From: Hydrolagus colliei
Lineage: Eukaryota
Length of the DNA stretch: 64,000 nt
NCBI GenBank assembly: GCA_035084275.1
Contig: CM068756.1
Span: 9,238,001-9,302,000, forward strand
Reading direction: 5' to 3'
Positions 26,933 through 38,946 of the stretch are shown in pieces. The position numbers were made by a program, and so were the translations under genes. A model generated the notes under the pieces. The model did not search any database and had not been told where the DNA came from. It saw only the letters and a list, made by a program, of their open reading frames with translations. The stretch's first letter is position 1, and each line of letters opens with the position of its first letter.

Positions 26933-29900
26933 CTGGAAAAAAAAACACTATTATTAGGAGTAAAAGCTACAATTAACAATACACATTGGACATTTTGACT
27001 GATTTTCCACTTCCAGACTAGTCATTTTTCCATTAGATTAATAATCAGATGTTGGGATCATCCCCTTCCAAACAACATAAATCTGAGGCAGCCACTGGAA
27101 TCCTGACATTTCTCTCACACTCTCTTTAGGAGACCACCCAAACGACCACAGCAGGCCGTATACTTGCTGACTTCATTGCTGCTTTTCCCAGTGTTCTATA
27201 GGAACGCCAAATACCTCCATAATGCATTGCAACACGATAGGATTTTAGCACTTAAAATCAGCACAGTAGAGGTTATATTTTGAAAGTACAGTAATAAAGC
27301 AGCTAATACATAAGTTACCAAAGCTTGCTAAGGCTACAGTGTGTGATCCAAAAGGATTTATGGTAGAATAAGAGACTGAAAGCTAATTAAAGCACAACTA
27401 AAGAGCTTAGTGATTTAATTAGCAATCCTGCATAAAACCTGTAGACCATTCACTGATGAAACAGTTTGGTAAAACAATTTACACTTATATAGTGTCTTTC
27501 ACATAGGAGGAATATCTGAAGTGCTTAATAAAGGCAGAGTGTGAGGCAGATAGGGGCTATAGAGAAGGTGACAAGCAGAGTCAAAGAGAAGAATCGTTCT
27601 ATGGGATTTGAAAGTAAACAGGTAGGGGTGAGGCAGATGCATTTCACACAAGCCAGTTCTAGAGGGTGTGGGCAACAGGGCCTGAAAGTTGCCCCCAATT
27701 GATTGTTTTTATTCACAACCAAAGACATTATCTTACAAAGACGATTATCCAGAGTCTGGATTGCTAATTAGGATAATGTCCTTGGTCGTTAAATTTCCCT
27801 ATGTTATTGGTGCACTTTCAGTGGTGCAACTAATGGAGGTAGACAAATAGACATTATAGTAGTCTCCTGCTTCATATCACTCTTGACACCCCCTGAAAAT
27901 GTTTACCAACAACTGAGATTTCTTCATTTGTGCTTTGTTTTGTGCTGGATAGGACTTCCTCCATCTCCATGTGTTCATCTGAGCATCCTGGCTAACAATA
28001 CCCCAAATAAAAATTGGTCTTTCCCCTCCTCGCTGGTTTGGGACATTGCTGTGTGCAAATTGGCTGCTGCATTGTGCAGTAAAATCTAGTTAAGTACTTA
28101 ACTAGAGAGGTTTTGACAATGTAATATGGCACTTTATAAAATGCAGGGTTTATCTGCTCATGTTGTATTGTTGCTACTGTACTTGGGTAATAAAATAGAA
28201 ATATATTTATTATGAGCTTGATCTGTCCCCATGTCAGTTTTGCTAAAATCTATGTTGGGTTTACACCATTGAGGTTTCCTAATACTGTACAGTAAACCTG
28301 TCATGCAGGAAAATGTATTTGCAGATTGTTTTATTTGAGAAGGTTGCTGCTGATATCACTTCCTGTACAAATGCGCACATGTGAAGGAAATTATATCAGC
28401 AGCACTTCCTTTGCCTGCTTGCAACGCATAGGATATACACAGAAATACAACAACCTACATGACGGTTAGGGGTAGGGTTTTGGCCTTTATTTGCTCTCAG
28501 CTCATAACACGTGCTAGGAGAAATGAAACCCAGAATACCACTTTATAACAAGCTTGCCCTGTACTGGTGCTGCAAGATTTGCAAGGCTCGTTATAACAAT
28601 AGCAACTTGATGATGTAACAATACCTTTACGTCGTTGATCGCGTCTTTTTGAGCTGATTCGTTATTTTAAGCTCAACTTGAATACGATCAGAGATAAAAG
28701 CGTAAATGGACAATTGTACCGCAAAGCAATTAGGCAGATCCGGGTACTAAACCTGTACCAATCTCTGCTTTCAGACAATTTACTCTCCTTTAAACTCATT
28801 CTTGGTGTGTCAGGTTTTTTTTGTCTCTAGGCAACAACAGATGATGTCACTACATTGGCATCCATATGTGTGCGCGGCTAGATTTCACAAGTCTGAGGTC
28901 GGCAGCATTGTAAACAGAGCAGGGCCCAGAGAGCACCTATAGTGAGCCTGGCACAAGTCCTCCAGGTACAAGTCTAAACAGGGTCACTGAGAAATGTACA
29001 CCTTGGAGAGCGCTATTAGCATTTAGTCATGAACCTATATAATTGTTTGTTTAAACACTTGTTATTATTCCATCGCTGTCTCTAATCCTCCCGACTTCAC
29101 AGCAGCGGCTCTGATATCGAATAATGAAAGGTTGGGAGTCTCAGCCTAACAAGGCATTACTGACGTTCAACCACTGATGTGCTAAAATCTGTGGTAGCTT
29201 TTTGTTTAAAAAAAAAGTCAAGATCCACAAAGGTAATTTTTACAATCCAAATTTCGCAGTGTAAAATGAGATCTGCTTTGACCTTAGAATATGCCTTCAA
29301 TTCAACAATAATTCCTCTATATTTGTTGCATTTGGCGCATAAGGCTTTAAGCAGTTAATAGCGAGAAGAGTGCACGCAATCTTACTTTGAATATTTTGAG
29401 AAATGTGTCCGAAAAATATTGCCTTGTTTTGCTCAAGCATCTGCAATGCTTCTGCTCAAGGTGTAAGTCAGTGCCAGGCAGTGCTCTGAGGAAGGCTTCA
29501 TTTAAAAGTAGGCTCTAAAGCATGTTTAACTCCTTTGGAGAATAATGTACAAAATGGGACGCTTGTGCAATGGGAAGTGTGGATGTTAAAATAGGATTCA
29601 AATTTACTTCTGTTTATGTGGTAGCTTGAGGTTTAAAATGTGATGCCTGCTTTGACTGAACAGCAATGATTCCAATGTGCATTTCAATCGCAGGCTGTTT
29701 CATGGATAGCTGTTAAATGTAACTGACCACATAGTACAAGAAATAGCAATGCACATGCAAAGCAGGTAAATACCTCCTATGGGTTTTTTTTGCCACTGCT
29801 TTGATCAAGTCCTTAAAGACTGAGGGAAACATAGTTAGAAACTAATTACTGTACCTATCTCGCCTCATTCCAGGTCTTCCCAGGTTAACATGGCTATTGT

Positions 29901-29984
29901 TTGGCTGAAAGGTATCATTGTGACTGACTTGGGGTATATTTCTTCAGTCTTCCAGGAAAATCATCCAGGACATTCTTCATCAAA

Positions 29985-30205
29985 CAAAAATGGCTGGGAA
30001 CATTCAGCAGGTCAAGCAACATCTATGGATAAAGGAAAAGTGGGTCAACGTTTTGCGTCCACAACCCTTCGTCAGAATTAGGGTCATGGACCCGAACCAT
30101 TGACTCACTTTTCCTTTCTCCGTGGATGCTGCCTGACCTGCTGAGTATTCCCAGTGTATTCTGTTTTGTTTCAGATTTCCAGCATCTGCTGTATTTTGCG
30201 TTTTG
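29985..30205. mobile_element. Penelope-like element remnant forming an imperfect inverted repeat
   Basis: ctgggaacattcagcaggtcaagcaacatctatgga...aggaaaagtg pairs with cacttttcct...tggatgctgcctgacctgctgagtattcccag; centre about 30077. Confidence 0.72.
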
Positions 30206-30256
30206 GGCCATTCTTCATGTTTAAACTTCAAGTTGTCAGGCTATTTGACAAAGGAG

Positions 30257-30560
30257 ATTATAATAATAATCCTTGCATTTGATATAGCACTTTTTCACAT
30301 ATTCCAGACATCTCAAAGCACTTCACATAATATGCTGTAAAGTGAATTGACTATAATTGTGGGAGAATCACAGCAACCAATTGCACACAGCAATGTCCCA
30401 AAAAACAGTCTTGGATTTTAGTGAACAATTTTTTTTCTTGAGGGATAATTATCAGAATTGTGGAGTAAAGAAACTTGCCCAAGGTTTTGCCCTATCGGCA
30501 ATCAAACCAAGGTATCTCACTAGCATGGAGAGTGCTCTAATCACTGAGCTACAGGACTCC
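30257..30560 (-). mobile_element. Full-length SINE
   Basis: Reverse complement of the family, from the (AAT)n tail to the head ctctaatcactgagctacaggactcc. Confidence 0.88.
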
Positions 30561-30800
30561 ACAATCATTGCCAAGCCTGAACCTCTCCTCAATTGTGCAG
30601 TTCCCACCAGTTTCTACAATGACAGGTACTTCCATTTTATACAGCACTTTTCATGCCACACAGCAGAATAATGGATTACTGGATACTCATCAAGAGAACA
30701 ACTAGTTCTCCTCTGGAATAACATTCTCCTGGGCCAACAGTTCTCAATGAGCATAAGCTAGTTCTTAGACATAAGCTAAAACTATTTTTGCTTAAACTAT

Positions 30801-31195
30801 CTACCTTTGTTATCCGGCACCCTCGAGACCTGGCCGGTGCCGATTAATCAAATATGCCGGATTTTGAAGCGGCAAGTTGCTGAAAATCCTACCCAGAAAA
30901 TTAACTTATTTTAAAACATACCATATGAATAATAATAGATTAAATAATAACAGAATATTGTATGGATACTTACCAATAAAACATTCCAGCACACTCGGTA
31001 AAATGATTGGTGAAAAAGCATTCCAGCGTTCGGTAAATTTAATAAGTGCACATGCGTGCGCAAAGTAAGCATACCTCAAATGTTCCGGATGGCTGCAGTA
31101 TGAGATCCGGTTGCTGGAATGGTGAATTGTATTGGGAGATACTGGTTGATTGAGCATGCCGGTTGGTTGGGTACCAGATAAACAAGTTTTTACTG
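30801..31195. mobile_element. Tc1/mariner (Tigger/pogo-like) MITE, copy 2
   Basis: High identity to 7326-7678; right end CCAGATAAACAAGTTTTTACTG|TA. Confidence 0.8.
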
Positions 31196-31492
31196 TACTT
31201 TAATCCCAATTTATTTTTCCCCATAATCTTTGCTGTTGTTATTGTTCAACGTTTAGGTTTTCTTATCTATTAGCTATCCTTTTTCGAGTGTTATGATCTC
31301 AGTTAATTGTCACTGGTGGCAAAGTATTTAATATTCTGATAACCCTCTGCTTGAGAAAACAAATTCCACTCTCTGTCTTACCGATCTGTGAGGGGAAGGA
31401 AAAGGCCATAAAATCTACTTTAGATGTTTGCTAGTTTTAATCCCTCTAAAGATTTCCAGTTCTCGATCTTATCGCCAGTTATTCCCCTTAGT

Positions 31493-31496
<4 letters not shown>

Positions 31497-31554
<58 letters not shown>
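31497..31554. repeat. (TC)n microsatellite
   Basis: About 29 uninterrupted TC units. Confidence 0.97.
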
Positions 31555-31556
<2 letters not shown>

Positions 31557-34039
31557 GACTCTCCCTCTCTTTGCATTTACCATTCTCAACTTTCTTTCCA
31601 CACATACCCCTATCTCAACACTGTTCCAGGATATCGATGTGACCTGATTCCTTAATTGGTACGTGCCCACTGTACCACTCTAAAAATGGAACAAAGAAAA
31701 TCCATACATTTATATAAAAAAATACGCACAGAAAATTCACTGAGGTCTCTCCGGGTGCTTGAAATTTTAAGCCTTTCTCACCATCCAGTTCAATGTTAAT
31801 TAGAACATGTCTACAACACAAATTGCCCACCAAATTTGTAACTCACTGTAAAATAACAATAACTGGACGGCTTTGTTTTTTAAAATAATTGTTGTGTGTA
31901 GAATCAACACTTGGATAGAGATTGCCATATAATTATTCATTTAAAAAATGGCAAGCAATATATCTTTGCCCTAAAATAATATTTAACTTTGAACTGTTTT
32001 ACTCCAGTTGTTCATCACAAGTTAAGATACATTTTTTTCAATTTTGAAAACCAAATTCACCGTATTGTTCCTCTTCACTGGATTAAAACTTCTAAACTAC
32101 ATAAGTATTACTGAACACAGCTCCTAAGAACACATTATTTTCAAGGTAAGAACAGATGTTTCTTAATCTACCGGCACCATACATTAGGGTATTCAGATTA
32201 TTCCATGGTATGTTACTGTGAATAACTTACTTGCTCCATCATTATGTGGGTCATTAAAGACATAAGCGAGCTTTTATGCTCTAGTTTCATACAGCTGTCA
32301 GCAGCCTGTGCTGCAATAAGTACATTCTTAGCAAACGCCTAGTACTTCGAAAAATCAAAACAATTCTTATCGCACAACACCCAGAGGATAAGAGTTGTTT
32401 TGTGATGGGGGCTTTACATTTTCCCTTGTTCACAGTTAATTACTGAAATCAAAACATGTAGTGAAACCGCGTAGCTTCTGCTAAGAATAAATCAACAAGG
32501 TAAGTCGAGGGGTCCAAATGGGCAAGGAGGCAGGACAATAAGGGTTATGTTGTTGTGTCCCATGGCTGGGTCACAAATCTGTGATTTAGCGGACGTAACC
32601 TCCACATGTCAGTGTTGCAAAGGTGTATTGGGAGCAGCCTTTCATTCTCATAAACAGGGCAGATTCCAGGCCAGCCTCGACCCACTCATTGTTCACTTCC
32701 TAAAGAAAACAGTCACAGACAGCCGAGGAAAAGAATTATTAGGGGTGTTGGAATAGGAAATGTCCAGAGTTCCTGACATATTATGATTGGCTTCGAGTAG
32801 AGGGAAGTGGCTAAAGAGAGCAGCCCTGATGGGTGCTAGGATTGTTCTGTTCTAACGTACACAATGACATCCTCATACAAGCAGATGGTAAAAAATAACT
32901 TTTGCGGAAACCTGCAATGAACTTGCTTTGCTTTCACTCTGGGGACTATTAAGAAAACTCAACTAACGGGGCAGAATATGGAATCAATCTTTTCCTTTTT
33001 AGTTTGTGCTCTTCAAACCCTCTTTAAATGATTCTGTCATCAACATGAAAAGGGGAAAAGCTACAATTTATACAACAAATTAGGTAATTAGAGGCAGAGT
33101 ACAAATGACAACTCTTCCTTAATACCCGAACAAACATTGTAACTGGACTCACTGGTTTATAAGGAAATAGCCACTTTAGTGAACTACATCCACCGCTGAC
33201 AAGTACTCAAGCAACTATAATGAAAGTAGAAAGAGTTGAGAACTATAAATGTTCCACAGCTTTCAGCATGTGAAACAGCCATATGATACTGCCACAGATT
33301 TCTCATTTATTCTCAGTCTCAGTAGGAATAATGGGCTAAATTTCCAGTGTTATGTTACATTAATTAATACCTCTGTGTCAATTAATACTAATAGCCAATT
33401 TAGTGACCTCATGATATTTAGCACATCAGCTGGTCCAGTGTATTCATTACTGTGAAAAAATGCTGCTGTAATATAATAATTATTCTGGTAATTTGTATGC
33501 TGATGTAGTGCTTTAAAAATTCATATGAACAATGTATATTTAGATGTCAGATTATTACCCTTTGTTTTACTCTTTTGGTAATGCCACAAGACGTTTCTAT
33601 TCAGAAACACGCTTGTTCCTGATCGGGGGCCTGAGAAATTTGTTCAGCACTGGACCCTTAAATTGTTCGGCAGGTAGCCCTTTAACCACAAACGCAGAGA
33701 GAATTTGCGTCAGTTGGAAAAAAAAATTCAAGATTTTTCCAGATGTCCCGGTGAGCCAGTTATAAACCCTGCACCTGTTTCTAAGACAAACTATCTTGTG
33801 TGACTTCCTTATTCATGTGTTCTGCCAGATGTAGAAAAAAGGACAACAAATTACTAAAAACTTGGCACTATTTTCCTACCGAAGAGGTTGCACTTGTGTC
33901 TCCATGTGATTCCAGGAAAATCTAAAATGAAAATGTTCCAATCTACAATCTAGGGTCTTCAAGCTTTGATCTATGCCAACTTGCACTAATAATTTTGGGG
34001 GGAATTAGTTAAGTAATAAGTAGATGCAACCCTCCAGGA

Positions 34040-34369
34040 GAGAGTGTGCATTCGATCCAGAAAAATGGACATTTCTATGCATCGGTGGCATACATACGTG
34101 GATAATATGTGATAATATACAGATAGATAGAGGGGGATGTGAGAGAGACACAGATAGAAAAACACAGAGATGGAGAGAGTGAGAGACACAGAGAGAGAAA
34201 TATATTTACCTCCTGAGGAGATAGGCCCTGAATGCGCGCGCACCCGGAATGCGCGCACTGCGCGCGCATGCGCTGTACTAAAAACCCGGAAATATCGATA
34301 TTTCGGTGCATCTCGATATGAGCCCATCGATATATCTAAATCGGAAAATTTCCATATCGACGGACCCTG
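34040..34369. mobile_element. CpG-rich fragment resembling one end of a hAT-like transposon
   Basis: Minus strand begins CAGGGTCCGTCGATAT with repeated ATCGAT/ATCGA subterminal motifs; no matching second TIR found. Confidence 0.45.
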
Positions 34370-35903
34370 GCTGACAGTAGTAAATTTTGCGGAGTTGTGA
34401 CATTTGTATCCATCGTAGGCCGACATTAACTACTCCCGTCTACACTGCTAGGGACTGTATGGACCTATGCTTGCCAAGTGCACTCTCTTGAGGAAAAGAA
34501 TTAAGCAGGCGATGTGATAATTATCACCTGTAATCATTTTCACATAACACATTTTCTCTTCCATTCCAAAATACTCCAGGAAATAAAATGGAAAATTCCT
34601 GAATGGAAAGCTGAATGGAAAGCGGTCAGTAGTGACAGGGATCAGACAGACCCATCAGCACCTAATTCCTCCCTATTTGTGGATAAAAACAAAAACAAAT
34701 ACTTGATGCCACACTGCTTTCTTCAATAAACTATCAAGCAAACATTTGACAAAATGTAGAAAGTGATGGAACTATTTTTTTTGCAATTAACACCAGATGG
34801 CTCCCACTGGGCATGTTGGCGAGAATATTTATTTCTGGTATGATTTTATGGAATGATCAATAATTATCCGGCATTCTGTATGAGCCAAGGGAAAATACAC
34901 TGGAGATGAGGAGCATTGCAGTGCGAATGTGAGAGACAGATTCTATCCTTTGTACATGGGCCCACATTTCTGTATGTTTAACAAACTTGTGTCCACATGA
35001 GAGTACATTCAGCTACTCAGTGAGTCTTAACTAGTCCATTTGGGGGCCATTTCAAGTATGGAATTCACATAAGGTGAAACAAGCTCATAAGCCAGTGCTA
35101 ACCAGGTGCCTAGGGTACCACTTCAGTGCAGAGTGACAGGCAGCTGTCAGAGTGTGGGGGGAGGGCGCAAACTGAGGTTGCTTGGCACGTTGGGGACAGC
35201 ATTGCTGACCTGTACATTATTATGCTACTGGTTGTGTTCTCGGCATTGTTAACTCATCTATTTACCTGATCCAAATATAAATATGATCTACACAATTAAA
35301 AAAAAATCAGAATCAGAGTCCAAACTCCCATCTTCATTCAAATATCACATGTGTCCCTGACCAGCACAGAAGCGTTCTTGGTAAACTAGTTGTGCGTTTA
35401 TCGGGGTTAACATGTTGCCGCTCACAGTTCAGATTGCTGACAGATCAGGCTGAACGGGTGAGGTGCATTTGAACATAAGTTAGCTGCCTTTTGTTTGTGC
35501 CAATCGCTAATACACTTGAAGTGAAACAATTGTGCAGGGTAATGTGGATATGTGTGATTTTAAAGAAAAGCTAAACGTAACCCTTGATATTTGATTGAAT
35601 CCACCATTTCCACTTACAAGGAATGAATCAACCCTGGCACACAGCTGATTGGACCCGATTAGTAATGATTTCATTTTATCTGTATTTAGTGTCAGGCAGT
35701 TCACATTCACCCACATCCTTCCAGTGGTCTTTAGATTTGTCAGCACTGTAAACAATTGTGTCATCGATTTAGAGAAAGACTTTGGAACAAGTTCAGCATT
35801 TTCCACGTCAATAAAAACAGTTCATTAATGTGAAAGACAAGACATTTTCAGTTAAATTCTACACTCACTATCACCAAAAATAGGTTATTTTTATCTTTAA
35901 AGT

Positions 35904-35992
35904 TATAATAAACCTTGCGGTTGATATATGCTTTTCACATCTTGTAGATGTCTCAATGTGCTTCACAGAATATACTGTAAAGTGAATCGACT
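35904..35992 (-). mobile_element. SINE 3' fragment
   Basis: cttcacagaatatactgtaaagtgaatcgact family motif. Confidence 0.78.
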
Positions 35993-37879
35993 ATAATATC
36001 ATTAATCATAGTATGGCTAAAAAGTAATAAACTTTTTAGTTTTAGTATCCTCTTCACCTCCCCTCCCCTTATAAGCAAAATTTAGTCACATATTTGTCAT
36101 TGTAGATTTCAACAGAAAATAATGAGCGATAGAAGGAATTCTATTTTGTTTGTTGCTGAACAACAGATATGTTGGTTCGTGCTGAAATTGTAGCTTTGTT
36201 GGTGGTAAAATTTGAGCAAAAAATGCATGTGATGTTTGTTTGTTTCTCTTCAGATCAACTGCAGATACTTAATCTGACACAGTATCTGAAAATGAAAGCA
36301 GTTTAAATGTCAGCCCAATCACAACAACTTCTCTTTCGCTTTCAGGTTGTAATTTAATACTCTGCCCCAACCCCCTCCTCCCAAAGATCTTGTTCATTGT
36401 TAGTATCTTAGACACAAATAAATGGCAGAGAATGGTTGCTTTTGCAATATCACATCTCACAGTAGATTCAGCTGGTCTGTGCTATGCAAATGCAATTCAC
36501 AGCAAATAATCAATACTATCTTTGACAATAACTTCTGATGCATTGAGCCAAACTTGGCAGAGAAATGTGAATAAATCAAGGCAAAGTGATTTACTGCAGT
36601 CCCGGGGATAATGCTACCATTCCCATTAAAGATTACTCTGTCCTTTTTTCACAATTAGCACAATTGGGACATCCTCCCGACGTGAAAGGCATTCTATAAA
36701 TGTAATTTTGTTGTTATTGTAGCTATCTTGGATGAAGCACTAATCAGAAAAGCCAAAAACTTTGGTTCTTGTTTGGAAAAATGTATAGATTATGATAGTT
36801 TAATGCTGACAAAAAAAGCATTCTACTTTCATTCATTTTAACAGTGTCGCACTGGCATTGCAAGTCGCAATTGTCTTGTACCCACAAAGTCTCCAGTTTA
36901 AATGACACAATGAATTTTAGAAAGGCTCGCCTTTATATTTTTGTGTGATCAGCCAAAACGCACCACAAACTTTTAGTATACGAATTCAATGACATGCAAA
37001 GGTGTAAGTCAGTGATCTTACATAAGAAATAAACTTTCTGAAGTCACAATGCCTCAAGGTAAAATAGTGCACCAAAAGGCTCACTGGCCAGAATTGTATA
37101 AATACAAGTTTGCCCACAGGGCGAATTTGCGGTGGCAGATGAAACATCTAGGTTATTTTTCCACAAGAAGGGAGGAGAAATCAGAAGGTGACTCAACCCA
37201 GGCTGCTCTCATACACCTCATAATAGGTTTAGATGGGAATAGGTAGGCTCTTGAGTTTGACAGTTTCTAAAGAGGCCTGGTGGGGAGAAGGAAATGCCTG
37301 GAAACAAGAAATGAGTGGTTGGGGAGGTGCGGGTGTGGGGGAGGGCAGAGACGATAGACCCCAATACCTCAAATAATGTTATCATCTAATGTGTAACAAG
37401 ATTCATTTTTAAACAGAAAAGTACAGCAGCATGCAAATGAGATGATTTACATTTTTAAAGATGTGAAATGAGGGAGGGAGCTGTGAATTATGTGCCATTG
37501 TATCAGAAAGGGTGATTGGTGTCATACTGCTGAAAACTGAAATCAATTCCAACAGTAAGTACAATAGTCAGATATTAAATTTTATTTTTCAGGTTTTGAA
37601 TTGCTACTATTTTAATTTTAAACTTTATTATGAACAATATGAAGTATAATTCTTGAATGCTCTCTTTATTAGCAAATTTTGAAGAGCAGAAATGACTGTG
37701 TCTAGGAGATGGTGCACTATAGAGTTGGAACAACTAAGATGAAAATAGCAAAAATAACAACACCATAAAACAGTGTGGAGGACTAACTTCTGCATTAGGT
37801 TAGTTTCTCCTTTTTATAGTACAGTATTACAGTATTGTAAGAGTAATTGATAACCAATCCATCCAAAAAAAACCACAAT

Positions 37880-38062
37880 AATAAAAAAAATTGTCATTTC
37901 AATTCACAACTGTTTGTGGGACTCTGCTGTGCGCAATTGGCTGCCGCATTTCGCTGACAAATATACAGTCAAATTCACTTTACAGTATATTCTGTGAAGT
38001 GCTTTGAAATGTCGATAAGATGTGAAAAGCGCTATATCAAAATGCAAGGATTATTATTATTA
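37880..38062 (+). mobile_element. SINE 3' half
   Basis: tgtgggactctgctgtgcgcaattggctgccgc...tgcaaggattattattatt. Confidence 0.87.
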
Positions 38063-38559
38063 TGAACCAAATAACTCAATAGAAAAGAAAGATTGAGGTG
38101 GCAGCGATCTACACCTCGAAGCACATTGCAGTTTAACATTTATACATAAGGTAGTGGAGGGAAGGTGCAGGTTGACACCTTGCTCTGAGTACAGCTGGAG
38201 AAACAATAAGGAGTCTCACACCTTTTCAGCACTGGGAAATCTTCCATCTGATTGAACTATTTATTTGCATCAAATCAAAATTTGTTTGAAGTACAACCCA
38301 GAAACGGACAAGCCAAACAAGCGCAGGGAAAACCTTGCAACTGAAATGTCCTTGTGACTGATTCATTAACGGGCCAGTTAAACAGCACGGCTTGTGGTGG
38401 ATCGGTGTGAATCTTGCATTAAACTAGCAACAATCTGAAGCACAGTTACTGGCTTAGGATCACAATACTACATTAGACCAGCGGTGTGAAGCTACTCAGG
38501 GTTATCATCTCACAGAACTTTGGTTTTGTGGGAAGTGGAAGGTAAGTCCTGATACTCTA

Positions 38560-38946
38560 TATAAATGCACGTTGGTAAGCCCAACTCAGTCTAGACCTAC
38601 CTTCCACTACAGTGCTGGGGTGTACTGTAATGTCAGAGGTGCTATCCTTCGGATGAAATGTTAAAACAAAGGTCTACCTATTCAGGTTTGAGTTGTAAAT
38701 CCTATGTGACTATTTGAAAAAAGAAGGGAGTTTTTCACAGAATACTGACCAACAGTCCCCCAAATATCGCTCATTCATTTCAGAGCTATTTGCGGGTCGT
38801 TGCTGTGACATTGCTCTAAGACATGATGTTGAGTGGAGGGAGGCTATACATGTACCTGTTGTTGTTGGTGTGACATTGCATTCGCAGATTGACTACCACA
38901 TGCTTTGAGATGTTCGGACGACTATATCAAATGTAAGGCTATTATT
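38560..38946 (+). mobile_element. Old DeuSINE-like element
   Basis: cagtgctggggtgtactg...tgtcagaggtgctatccttcggatgaaatgttaaa (Deu-domain-like) with a tail ctatatcaaatgtaag. Confidence 0.6.
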
